A stretch of 64,000 nt of DNA from a bacterium (GTDB lineage: Bacteria; SAR324; NAC60-12), in NCBI GenBank assembly GCA_965205865.1, contig CBDBHR010000025.1, positions 96,001-160,000 on the forward strand, read 5' to 3'. Below the pieces are notes generated by a model. That model did not search any database, had not been told where the DNA came from, and saw nothing but the letters and a program-made list of their open reading frames with translations. Made by a program: the position numbers and the translations under genes. The stretch's first letter is position 1; each line of letters opens with the position of its first letter. Shown in pieces: positions 10,684 to 20,810 of this stretch.

Positions 10684-12386
10684 CCTAAATCCTGCAATTA
10701 GATGACAATCAAACATGGAAATGGTAATATACTCAAATAGTTAACACCAGAATCAACATTTTAAGAGATCACCATTACCATGAAAAACAAAGGTAGCGCA
10801 AGATCGGCAAGAACGACAGCAAAAAACATCCATATCAGCCAGGGAGGCAGAGACCTGACCGCGCAAGCAGGCAAAAAACTTGATTCCGGTTGTCAAATTT
10901 TTTCACAAAGAAGGGATTGTTTCAAAGACAGAGCAGACCGTAGATCATCGGCGTGGCGCCACGGGTCTTTATGACGCGGTGGACATGGTCATTTTGTCGG
11001 TGGTCGGCATTGTTGGTGGCGCCCGTTCGATTCGTTCGATTGTGACAGTTTGGAACGACCGTGTTTTGAGTCGTGTGGCCGGTTGGCTGAGGATTCCGGA
11101 TGAAACCACATTCGGCCGGATACTGCGTACTTTCACACAGAAAAACATCAATGAGATGGAGAGCTTGAACCATCGGATTCGAGCCGGTATCTGGCGTAAG
11201 GCGCTTCGAAGTGGGACAAGCATCGTTGGGGTGTTACACTGTCTTGTGATTGACGTGGACTCCACTGTGAAAACGGCCTACGGCAAGCAGCAAGGAGTGT
11301 CTGTCGGATATAATCCCCACAAACGCGGTGCAGCTTCGTATCATCCTCTGCTGGCATTTTGCGCAGAGACAAAGGAGATTCTTCAGGGTTGGCTTCGTGA
11401 TGGGAGTGCCTATACCAGCAATGGAGTCGTTGAATTCATGCGGCAACTTCTCGCTCACCTTCCAAATCGGACTCGCACTCTGTTTCGTGGAGACAGTGGT
11501 TTTTTTGTGGGGGATTTGCTGGATTTCCTCGAAGAACGAGGCCATGGCTATCTGATCAAGGTCAAACTCAAGGGGCTTGTCTCGTTGTTGGAAACCCAAA
11601 AATGGCAAAAAGTGAAGGGGCAGCCCGCTTGGGAAGGGTGTGAGTTTTCCCACCAATGTGAAACTTGGAGGAGGTCAAGAAAATTCATGGCCGTACGCAG
11701 GGAGAAAGAGGAGGAACTCAAAGGGATGGCCACCCTCTTTGAGATGAAGGAGTACGATTATTTTTGTTATGTTCTCACTGACGCGCTCACTCCCTGGCAG
11801 GCTCACAAAGAGTATGGCCAAAGGGCGGTCGCTGAGACATGGATTGAGGAAGCAAAAAATCAAACTGCGCTGGCTCAGATTAAAACCGACGATTTTTGGG
11901 CCAACAGTGCCTTGTTCCAATGCGCGATACTCGCTTACAACACGCTGCGCTGGATGGCCCTTTGTAGTGGTAACGCAATACTGCGCCGTTGGGAACCGGC
12001 CACCATGCGCACCTATCTTGTCCGAATGGCAGGAAAATGGACGAGTGGCGCTCGTCAACAAAAACTGAGAGTTCCGGAAAGAACACTTTACAATGCTCAA
12101 TGGGATGCATGGGTCGCTGTTGGAGAGACCTGGATCCTTTGTTTCACTCCAGTGGATACATTTTGCTGAGATGTAGATTCCCAAATCCAGGGAGAAGTAC
12201 GTCTTGAATCTTGTGCCCGCGAAAGCGGGTATCAGATCATCACAAAATATGACGATCTAATGGAGGGCGGAAAAACCTTTATGAGCAAGGACTGATGGAA
12301 ATTCAACTCTCAAATCCTTTTTTTTAAAAAAACCTCTCAAAGAGTGGGGGGAAACTCAATCAAAATATTCAATTGCAGGATTTAGG
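10684..12386 (+). mobile_element. IS1380-family element, copy 1
   Basis: 16-bp IR CCTAAATCCTGCAATT; 5-bp TSD TTATA. Confidence 0.95.
10780..12169 (+). pseudogene. IS1380 transposase, frameshifted by a 7-nt insertion near 10873
   Basis: DVDST, YHPL, RGDSGF motifs; extra AAAAAAC relative to the intact copy. Confidence 0.85.
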
Positions 12387-12889
12387 TTATACTCTTTTGG
12401 ATATTAATTGCAATCAAAAAATTTGACATCATTTTGCTTTTAAAGTAAGAAAGGCGATTTTCTTTGAATCGATTTTATCATTTGTAGCCATGAGCTTGAG
12501 AAAAGTACTCTTGATTATCGAGACAGAATAGATGAAAATAATGAAAAATTTCTGTTCACTGTGACAAAAAGTATGCCAATACTTTGATTTTTCAAAAAAA
12601 TGTAGCCCCGCACGCGAAATTTTATTTCTGAGCTAAGCCAGTAAATACAAGGGGTTGATCCATTTTTAGTTCAGAAGGTGGGGCAAAAAAATCAAAAAAA
12701 AGGCCCCAGATGCATTTTTTGTATTGATTTATCTATAATAATTCACTAGGGTCACCATATAGGTTCTTGAGGGAAGAGGAAGTGAGTTGAAGTGAAACCG
12801 ATTCCGCTTCCTCAGGGAATCTTTCTGTATTTCATCCTATCTCAATGAATCAGATGGGGAATTTTATCCTTTAAATAATAGGAGAACAT

Positions 12890-14620
12890 ATGTCTTTAAA
12901 AAAATGGATAACTCTTTTGGTGGGGCTGACCCTGGTGGGGGTCTTGTCTCATGTGTATGCGCAATCCTATGGGGGCTACATCAATGTTGCGGGACGGAAT
13001 GTTTCCGCTTGTTGGCAGCCCGTCCATGTCAGTGTTTGTATTGAGAAACAAAGCCTACTCACTGATTACCTGTTAGAGTCGGACTTAACAAAGGGGCCGC
13101 GAGGTACCGGTGAATTTACATTCGCTAACCAGTCGAACTATTCACTCAAAGGATTAAGAGGCTCTTTGCTGGAATCCTGGGAACAGCCGACTGCCCATAG
13201 TCTGGTTTTTAAAGTGCGTAAGGGCATCCACTTCCATAATAAACCCCCCGCAAACGGCCGAGAACTGAATGCTCGGGATATTGTACGCGACTGGGAAATC
13301 CTTACCGCCGATACAAGAGCCGGCGGCTTGTATGAAGCGCACAAACTCTCCAAGTGGACTGCCCGGGATGACTGGACGATTGATGTGGAGATGGTCGAAC
13401 CGGATGTTCCCGGAATCTGGGCGCAGGATCTCTTGCTGATAGCCATTCCGGCACCCGAATGGAAGGAGATCGAAGACAAAATGGATGATTGGCAGACGGT
13501 GAAAAACAGTGGGATCTTCACGGGACCCTTTCTGCTGGAGGATCATGTCGACTTGAGTGTGACCACCTACAAAAAGAACCCGGACTATTGGGGGAAGGAC
13601 GTCTTCAACACGGACGATCAAGTCCCCTACGTGGACGGCATGAGGATCGTAGATTTTGCCGATTCGGCGGCAAAAACGGCAGCCTTGCGCTCCGGCAAGC
13701 TGGACATCATCAGTATGTTTGGTCTGAGTGGCGAGGAAAAAGATGCGGTGGAGAAGACGAACCCTGAAATAAAATATGTCCCCGGCTTCGTCATGGGCCT
13801 CTTCACTTTTGTGAGGGCCGATTTGCCGCCTTGGAACGATATCAGGGTCCGCTATGCGGCCCATATGGCCATCAACTACGAAGAAGTTCGTGACGATTTT
13901 TACAAAGGCAACGCTTGTTTCCCCAGTTTACCTCAAAATTGTTCGGTCGGGGAACGCCTGGGAATGGATTGGCTGAAGAAATACCGCCCTGACCTGGCCA
14001 AGCTGTTTGAGTATCACCCCGATGAGGCCAAAAAACTGCTGGCCGATGCGGGCTATCCCAATGGCTTTGACACCGAATTGATTGTCGCCCATAGCTGGGT
14101 CGAACATTTCGAATTGATGTCCACTTACCTTGAAGATGTCGACATTCGTGTTACTTTGAAGCCGGTGGAGCAAACCATGATGTATTCCAGCATTCACCCG
14201 GGACCGGAAGGGCCGGATGATAAAGTCTACACCGGTATGGGTGCTCATGACACCGGGTGTAATAACCTCAACTTGGCGTGCTTGTCCAAGTGGCACGGGG
14301 CAGACGCCCCGTTCTTCGGCCAAGGTTTTATCCAAGGCACGATCCCGGACAATAAGATGCGGGCCTTGCAGAACGCCTATAAAAGCGAGACGGACCCCAT
14401 CGAGTCCAGGCGTATCTGGACCGAATTGTATCTCCTGTGGTATGAACTGGCCTGGGGGATTAATTGGATGGGCGTGAATACGTATAACCACTGGCAGCCG
14501 TGGGTTCAAGGATATGAAGGTGCCGGCGGGTACGAATCGCCCAGACTTAACCTGGTCAAGTACTACTGGATTGACACAGACATGAAGAAGCAAATGAGCG
14601 GACGCGACCCGAATGAGTAA
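12890..14620 (+). CDS. ABC transporter family 5 solute-binding protein 2 (intact)
   Basis: Signal peptide, LLESWE, RKG..FH.KPP..GREL, GPF, KNPDYW, EAKKLLA.AGYPNGF. Confidence 0.95.
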   Translation: MSLKKWITLLVGLTLVGVLSHVYAQSYGGYINVAGRNVSACWQPVHVSVCIEKQSLLTDYLLESDLTKGPRGTGEFTFANQSNYSLKGLRGSLLESWEQPTAHSLVFKVRKGIHFHNKPPANGRELNARDIVRDWEILTADTRAGGLYEAHKLSKWTARDDWTIDVEMVEPDVPGIWAQDLLLIAIPAPEWKEIEDKMDDWQTVKNSGIFTGPFLLEDHVDLSVTTYKKNPDYWGKDVFNTDDQVPYVDGMRIVDFADSAAKTAALRSGKLDIISMFGLSGEEKDAVEKTNPEIKYVPGFVMGLFTFVRADLPPWNDIRVRYAAHMAINYEEVRDDFYKGNACFPSLPQNCSVGERLGMDWLKKYRPDLAKLFEYHPDEAKKLLADAGYPNGFDTELIVAHSWVEHFELMSTYLEDVDIRVTLKPVEQTMMYSSIHPGPEGPDDKVYTGMGAHDTGCNNLNLACLSKWHGADAPFFGQGFIQGTIPDNKMRALQNAYKSETDPIESRRIWTELYLLWYELAWGINWMGVNTYNHWQPWVQGYEGAGGYESPRLNLVKYYWIDTDMKKQMSGRDPNE

Positions 14621-14648
14621 ACTCGTCTAACCGCTCGATCCACACCAA

Positions 14649-14681
14649 GGGGTTGGATGGATCCGTCCAACCCCTTTTTTT
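14649..14681 (+). terminator. Rho-independent terminator/hairpin after SBP 2
   Basis: GGGGTTGGATGG-AT-CCGTCCAACCCC followed by T7. Confidence 0.75.
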
Positions 14682-14838
14682 GTTTTATGTGAGTTCACCT
14701 GAGTCCGGAGTAGAAAATCTCTTCCTGAAAATCCTTTCCTCTCTTGATGGGAGCCGTACGTGGAAGCGGCCGACGTGGAGCGGGCTGGGGTGGTGAGGGA
14801 AGGGGGGAACTTTTTCTTGACTACATAGGGAAAACAAC

Positions 14839-15833
14839 GTGCAGACCTATATCCTCCGAAGATTCCTCCTGGTCATCCCCACCCTGCTTATAGTCTCGGT
14901 CTTGGTGTTCTTCAGCCTGCGCTTCATCCCAGGGGATGCCATCGACGTCATGGTCAGTCATCAGCGATTTGTTGCCGATGACGATGCCAGGGCCATGATC
15001 CGGAAACATCTGGGGTTGGATTTGCCCATCCATGTACAGTATGGGCGCTGGTTCAACGGGGTGCTACAAGGAGACCTGGGCAGATCCATGTGGACAGACG
15101 CGCCGGTCACCCGAATCCTCCTGGAGGCGCTGCCTGTCTCCCTGGAAGTGGGCCTCTTGGCCATTTTCTTTTCATTGATCATCGCCTTGCCTGTCGGCGT
15201 CTATTCCGGGATACGGCCTGACACGAAGATGGATCATCTCATTCGCAGCCTTGCCATTTTCTTCATCTGTGTGCCCAGCTTCTGGATCGGGACGATGGTC
15301 ATGATCTATCCCTCCATCTGGTGGCGCTGGTCGCCCCCGATGTTCTATGTGCCTTTTCTTAAGGACCCCCTGGACAACCTGGCCATGGTGATCATTCCGG
15401 CTCTCATTCTGGGGATGTGGCTCTCCGGGATGACCATGCGCTTGATGCGCAACACGATGCTGGAGGTGCTCCGAGCGGACTACGTCCGGACCGCTTGGGC
15501 CAAGGGGCTCCGGGAACGGGTGGTGGTGACGCGGCACGTGTTGAAGAATTCGCTGATCCCGGTGGTCACGCGTTCAGCTGGGCTATTGGCCGCGCTGCGG
15601 CCGCCCAGCCTCTCTGCGGTCTGCAACTCCCCGTCTTGATTGGCGGGGCGGTGGTGGTGGAATACATCTTTGGCCTGCCCGGCATCGGCCGGCTGGTCGT
15701 CGACTCGATTAAGATTCGCGACTATCCCATCATTACCGGCGTCAACGTCTATGCGGCCATCTTTGTGTTAGTGATCAATATCATCATCGACCTCAGCTAC
15801 GCCTGGCTCGACCCGCGGATTCGGTTTAAATAG
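14839..15833 (+). pseudogene. ABC permease B copy 2, frameshifted by a net +41 nt insertion at 15570-15616
   Basis: Matches 7485-8438 except that a 47-nt hairpin replaces CATGGT. Confidence 0.88.
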
Positions 15834-15872
15834 CTGTCAGCTTTCTGCTCTCAGTTTTCGCTTAGCACTGAA

Positions 15873-16814
15873 ATGTTAGTCACGAAAGAGTCAACATACA
15901 AAAGAAGAAAACCCATTCGGGAATTCCTATCCCGGCTGTTTCGGGAGAAACCCTTAGGGGCGCTGGGTGGGATCATCGTTCTGGTCTTTTTGTTCATCGG
16001 TATTTTTGCCGACGCCCTCGCCACCCATGGCATGCTCCAGCGCAACCTGAAGCACCGGCTGGAAGGCCCCTCTGTCCAATTCCCCCTGGGGACTGACCAA
16101 ATGGGCCGGGATCAGTACAGCCGTCTGGTTCAGGGAGCTCGCATTTCGATGGTTGTCGGGTTGGCTAGTTGCGCGATCGCTCTGCTAATTGCCACGACCT
16201 TCGGCTTGATCTCGGGATACTGGGGTGGCAAATTTGACCTCATCCTGCAGCGCTTTGTCGACGCCTGGTTGAGCCTCCCAGCATTGTTTATCCTCTTGAC
16301 GGTGATGGCGCTGCTGGGGCCAGGCTTGATCCAGATGATCAGCGTGTTAGGGGCGTTTTGGGGGATTGCCAACATCCGGACGGTCCGCGGAGTGGTGCTG
16401 AGCGCCAAGGAGAATTTGTATGTCGAGGCGGCCCGGGCGACCGGAGCTCGTCCCCCACGCGTACTCTTGCGGCACATCCTGCCCCAGATTGTCGCGCCCA
16501 TCATCACCGTGTTCACCGTGGCTCTCGGGGGCATCATCCTCGATGAGGCCACCATTAGTTTCCTCGGCTTCGGTATTCCGCCGCCCCAGCCCAGTTGGGG
16601 GGGCATGTTGAGTCTGGAAGGCCGCAAGTACATGGAAAGCCAGCCCCTGCTGGCCCTCTTTCCCGGCCTCTGCCTGGCCATCGTCGTCTATGGGGTCAAC
16701 ATGTTTGGCGACGCCTTGCGCGATCTGCTCGATCCCCGCCTGCGAGGTGCCGGACGCATGGGCAGCGCCAAGATTCCCCTGAGACGAACCCTCCTCATCA
16801 ACCCTGACAAATAG
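15873..16814 (+). CDS. ABC permease C copy 2
   Basis: Protein identical to 8478-9419 except the last residue. Confidence 0.95.
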   Translation: MLVTKESTYKRRKPIREFLSRLFREKPLGALGGIIVLVFLFIGIFADALATHGMLQRNLKHRLEGPSVQFPLGTDQMGRDQYSRLVQGARISMVVGLASCAIALLIATTFGLISGYWGGKFDLILQRFVDAWLSLPALFILLTVMALLGPGLIQMISVLGAFWGIANIRTVRGVVLSAKENLYVEAARATGARPPRVLLRHILPQIVAPIITVFTVALGGIILDEATISFLGFGIPPPQPSWGGMLSLEGRKYMESQPLLALFPGLCLAIVVYGVNMFGDALRDLLDPRLRGAGRMGSAKIPLRRTLLINPDK

Positions 16815-16942
16815 TAGGGACGGTGTTCGTATACAAAAATCGTTTAATGTGGGTCGCAGGCGGAATGGGATTCTTGGATTGACATAACTGCAGAGTTTCC
16901 GTAGTATTTGAAAATGATGGAATTTGAGCGGGATGAAAATAA

Positions 16943-17107
16943 GAATCTGAATCTATCAGAGATTGGAAGCAGAAGCGAATTCAACCCGATCAAGCTGCAA
17001 CAACATTGCTTCGAGTGATTGAACACAATCCCAAAGCCGTAGAAAAAGCTTTAAAAATTGCGCAAATAACGGAGCCCCATGAGCCAAAAACGACAGGTGA
17101 CCAATGA
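16943..17107 (+). pseudogene. C-terminal remnant of a HigA/XRE-type antitoxin
   Basis: Translates SIRDWKQKRIQPDQAATTLLRVIEHNPKAVEKAL; no start codon. Confidence 0.6.
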
Positions 17108-18110
17108 GCACAGAAAACAACAAGATTGGCATGAATGGAAGATACAATCACTGGCCTATCAGCAGATCCAGGAGCGCGGCCTTATCCAAAACCTCAAGGA
17201 ACTCGAGGAGGAGGGATACACGGTGCTCACCCCGGAGCAAATCGGGAATCCCCGTATTCTCGGGCGAGCCCGAGCGGCCATCCTGCGTCTTCTGGAAGAA
17301 CATACCGGCGTGAAGCACGATATCGAAACCGGTGCGCATGGCGCCATAGATACCTGGGCTCACAGCCAAGGTCAGTATTTGCTCTATGGATTTCTTGAGA
17401 AGGATCCGGTCTTTGAAGAAATCATCCAGCATCCCATGACGCTGCCCTTCATGGAATACTTCCTGGGCCCGGATTGCCTGCTCTCTTCACTGACGTGCTT
17501 CATCAAATGGCAGAATGCGGAGGGCTATGGTGCTGGACTGGGCCTTCATGCTGATGATGGGATGCCTTTCTTTGCTCCCCTCCCTGACCCACCTCAGGTG
17601 TTCAATTCTAACTGGTTTCTCACCGACTACACCAAAGACAATGGCGCCTTTTGTGTTGTCCCCGGATCCCACAAACTTCGCCGTCAGCCCAATACGGGGG
17701 AGGGAGTGGAAGATGCCATCCCGGTCGAAGGACCTGCCGGCTCCGTTGTGGTCTTCCACGGTAATCTCTGGCATGGGGCCTTTCCCCGCCTGAATCCCGG
17801 CTTACGGATCAGCATTAATCCTTTTATGGTAGGGTATCACTACCGCGTCCAGGAGAACTTCCAGGGCCGGATCAGTGATGTGATGCTGGCGCGCAACGGG
17901 GTGCGGTTTCGCAAACTACTCAACATCGATGATATCTGGGGACATGACGATTGGCGTGGCCCGATTCCCTGGCATGAGCGTGCCTCCGGAAAGACCTGGT
18001 CGGAACTCATGAGGGATCCCGTCCAAATCAATGGCAAGGACTATCGCATCGTTTTAGATCGCAACAAACGGCCTTCAGAGTTGGCCTATGTTACCGTCGA
18101 GGCGGATTGA
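17079..18110 (+). CDS. Phytanoyl-CoA dioxygenase (PhyH) family, divergent copy 3
   Basis: GLHADD, NGAF.VVPGSH, WHG; paralog of 9506-10498. Confidence 0.92.
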   Translation: MSQKRQVTNEHRKQQDWHEWKIQSLAYQQIQERGLIQNLKELEEEGYTVLTPEQIGNPRILGRARAAILRLLEEHTGVKHDIETGAHGAIDTWAHSQGQYLLYGFLEKDPVFEEIIQHPMTLPFMEYFLGPDCLLSSLTCFIKWQNAEGYGAGLGLHADDGMPFFAPLPDPPQVFNSNWFLTDYTKDNGAFCVVPGSHKLRRQPNTGEGVEDAIPVEGPAGSVVVFHGNLWHGAFPRLNPGLRISINPFMVGYHYRVQENFQGRISDVMLARNGVRFRKLLNIDDIWGHDDWRGPIPWHERASGKTWSELMRDPVQINGKDYRIVLDRNKRPSELAYVTVEAD

Positions 18111-18681
18111 CCATCCAGGCCAGCGGGCGGTGCTTTTCCAACTCCCGACATTTTTTTGTAGCATACTTCTCTCCGGGATAGGGGACTGCAATGACCTTCA
18201 TCTCAAAACCCCTGGCTCGCTGGGCCATATGCCGTCCAATACCTCCCATGCCCACAATGCCAATGGTTATCCCGCCAATTTCAATTATCATGGGACTGAG
18301 TTGCGCCAGGTGCCACTCGTGTTTATCCTGGTATCGCGTCGAATAATGGAGATACCGTGTTAACCCGAGCAGGAGGGCAAAACCATGGTCGGCGACTTGG
18401 GAGGCGTACACGCCGGCAGCATTCGTGAGGAGGACATCGCTGTCCCGCATGGCGGGAAATAATTGTATCTCCACTCCGGCACCAGAGAACAGAATCCATT
18501 TTAAATGGGGAAGGTGCGGGAAAGTCTCTGCCGAACAAAAACCATAATAGACTTCTGCGTCTTTTCCTGCGGCAAGGCGTTCTTCCTGGTTCGAGACAAA
18601 AACAACCGGATTTTCTCCTGCCGCCTGCAAAATCAATTCGCGCAGTTCTTGTGATAAAGGGCAATCAATCAGAATTTTCAT
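18091..18681 (-). pseudogene. D-isomer 2-hydroxyacid dehydrogenase, C-terminally truncated
   Basis: LTNAAG..A..VADH and GIVGMGGIG; homology ends at MKVIAV. Confidence 0.8.
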
Positions 18682-18738
18682 AGGCTCATCTTTTTTTTAT
18701 GTTCATTGGTACATGTCATTTGAGTGTCCCATAGCTTC

Positions 18739-19455
18739 CTATTCCACCAGGTGCGACTTGAGCACGTCTGGGTCAAACTCAATGCCGAGCCCCGGACCCG
18801 TGGGAGGAAGGATATAGCCGTTCTCGAACACCAGGGGCTCCTTGAAGATTTTCTTGTGTAAGGGGCCCAGGTTGGCTTCCTGAATGAGGAAGTTGGGGGA
18901 ACAGGTATCGATCTGAATGGCGGCGGCAAAGGCGACCGGCCCACAATACATGTGCGGGGTGATCATGGCATAATGGGCTTCAGCCATGCCGGCAATCTTC
19001 TTCGCCTCGGTGATGCCTCCACACTGACCGACATCGAGCTGCAGGATCTGTGCGGCCTGTTTTTCCAGAACTTGAGCGAATTCATACTTGGTCACCAGCA
19101 GTTGGTAGATGGGCAGGTTTGCCGCCTTGCCCTTGATGTCCCAGAGGGCCATGTCAATGGCACTGATCACCGGGGTTGCGTACAGACTGGGATGTCGCAG
19201 ATCGTGCCAGGCGCCGTACATCTTGTCCCAGATGAGTTCACTATTGAGCGGGTTCTCGCCGAGGACAAACTAGCCGACCAACTCCTCGATCAGGCTGACC
19301 TGAGACTTCAGATCCCGGAGGCGATTGGAATAGGAGGCGCCAGCAATGCGCTCTCCGATCCCCGTAATCCCTTCGTCGGTCTTCAGCTCCAGGAAGAGGA
19401 AATATTTAACGCCGATGTAGGGCGCTTCCGCCTTGACGACCATGGTTTTCAGTCA
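18739..19455 (-). pseudogene. Mandelate racemase/galactonate dehydratase-like enolase superfamily gene with internal deletion and stop
   Basis: LELKTDEGITGIGE, SAIDMALWDIKGK joined directly to the C-terminal barrel, PTGPGLG; in-frame TAG near 19271. Confidence 0.85.
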
Positions 19456-19856
19456 CTGAGCTGGTGTGGGTAGCGGCCGAGGGTCTCATCCGGTCGCAGC
19501 CCCACCTCCTCTAACGCATTGACCACCATCGCGTGCGCCTCTCGGTCCGAGCGCGTCAGTCCGTACTTCTTGATCGGGGTTGTGAGAACGTGATCGACCT
19601 TGTAGGCGGTGTCCTCTGGCTGCCCCCACCGGGTCGTAGTGCGGATGACACGACACAAGGTGCCCGTCGCTCAGGACCTGCAGTTGTGGCGCCACCTGCG
19701 GACATACGTTCAATACTTTTGACTGCTTCCACCGGCTCGGCACCACCCCCGGTGAGGCCGGTGTCCGTCGCGGCAGCGGTTGGCAGCTGCAGCTCGTGGT
19801 GCAGATGACGCGATACCAGGAGTCCGTCGCTCAGAGCCTGCAGTTGCGACCACATA
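19452..19856 (-). pseudogene. Shuffled fragments of an OppD/F-type ABC ATPase
   Basis: ALEEVGLRPDETLGRYPHQLS and two copies of a C-terminal LQ.LSDG.LVS.H piece. Confidence 0.65.
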
Positions 19857-20106
19857 GGAAAATCAAAAATTACACAAAACGATAGCACCTGGGAATAAGT
19901 TTGTAAAGGCAATTTTTGGGAGTCTTTTTTTGATTTTTTGGTAGGTTTCTTGACGGGATGGGTGGTCTGGAATGTTTCGCCGCTGGGCGGACCGGAAATG
20001 CTGGATTTGAGACAAGGGGATCCCTGAGGTTTAAAGGCCCCATTCTGCATCACAAAAATAAGCTTCATCTGGAGGAAAGTCCCCCTAGTCATAGGAGTCT
20101 TCAAAC

Positions 20107-20660
20107 TCATAGCGCATGATAGCAGGGAGAGGAGGAGCCCTTTCGGTTTCTTCTTCGATATGTTTTAAAATTTTTTTGACTTCTCGATGATTGGTAATAA
20201 AAGCGATGCTTTTCATTGCTTTGCCACAATTGGGACACAAGAGAGGATCCACTGAAGATTTTATGGATCAGGCGTGCCCAACTTGCGCTGGTTTTAGCCT
20301 TCCCTTTAATCTTTTCCATTTCCATCGGTCTTTCCCCTCTTTTTTCTTTTTTTCCTTGCCTCGATAAGAACTGCTATAGATGCCATAATAAAATGTGATC
20401 GTTTCGTAGGGTGAGGGAAGATGTCCTGCCAAAAGGGCCATAAACTCAAAGACCTCGTAGTGAGCTTTTTTGGTGGAGGAGGTTCTATTTTGTTTCTCAT
20501 AAACCGTCACCGTGTTGTCCTCGAGATTAAACTCAACCCTTTCCACAGAGATCGCTGCCCGGCTCATATATCTGGCGATGGTTTCAAGGCGATCCCCATG
20601 ACGCCCGTTTACTTTTTGTTTTCCATGGACTTGGAAACCGGAGTTATGATTCCAGGACAT
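20107..20660 (-). mobile_element. IS91-family (Y2) transposase C-terminal relic, frameshifted
   Basis: SGFQVH, ARYMSRAAIS..R, YYGIYS..RG, WARLI.KIF..DPL.CP.C. Confidence 0.75.
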
Positions 20661-20810
20661 TAAAAGATTAAAAGGTCGATAAGTTCATCAAAATATATCA
20701 ATTCAGGTGATTGCAATTGAAACAAAGCTAATAAAAAACTGAACCGAAGCCTGAACACCGCGCATTTTGCTCCGATTGTTGTGGATTACAAGCACGTAAT
20801 TTATCTTTCA

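Larger units (their letters stand above)
10461..12445. repeat. About 140 bp tandem duplication of the PhyH start/promoter region; second copy split by IS1380
   Basis: 10461-10599 repeated as 10600-10683 plus 12387-12445. Confidence 0.85.
3963..16870. repeat. Tandem duplication of a PhyH(-)/SBP-permease-permease(+) unit (about 3963-9470 and 9481-16870)
   Basis: ACCGCCTAATCCAGCCC starts both units; permeases nearly identical, SBP and PhyH slightly diverged. Confidence 0.9.

Noticed and set aside
14748-14810. GAGCCGTACG as group II intron domain V
   Set aside because: The 3' strand does not fit the DV stem; no RT or other domains
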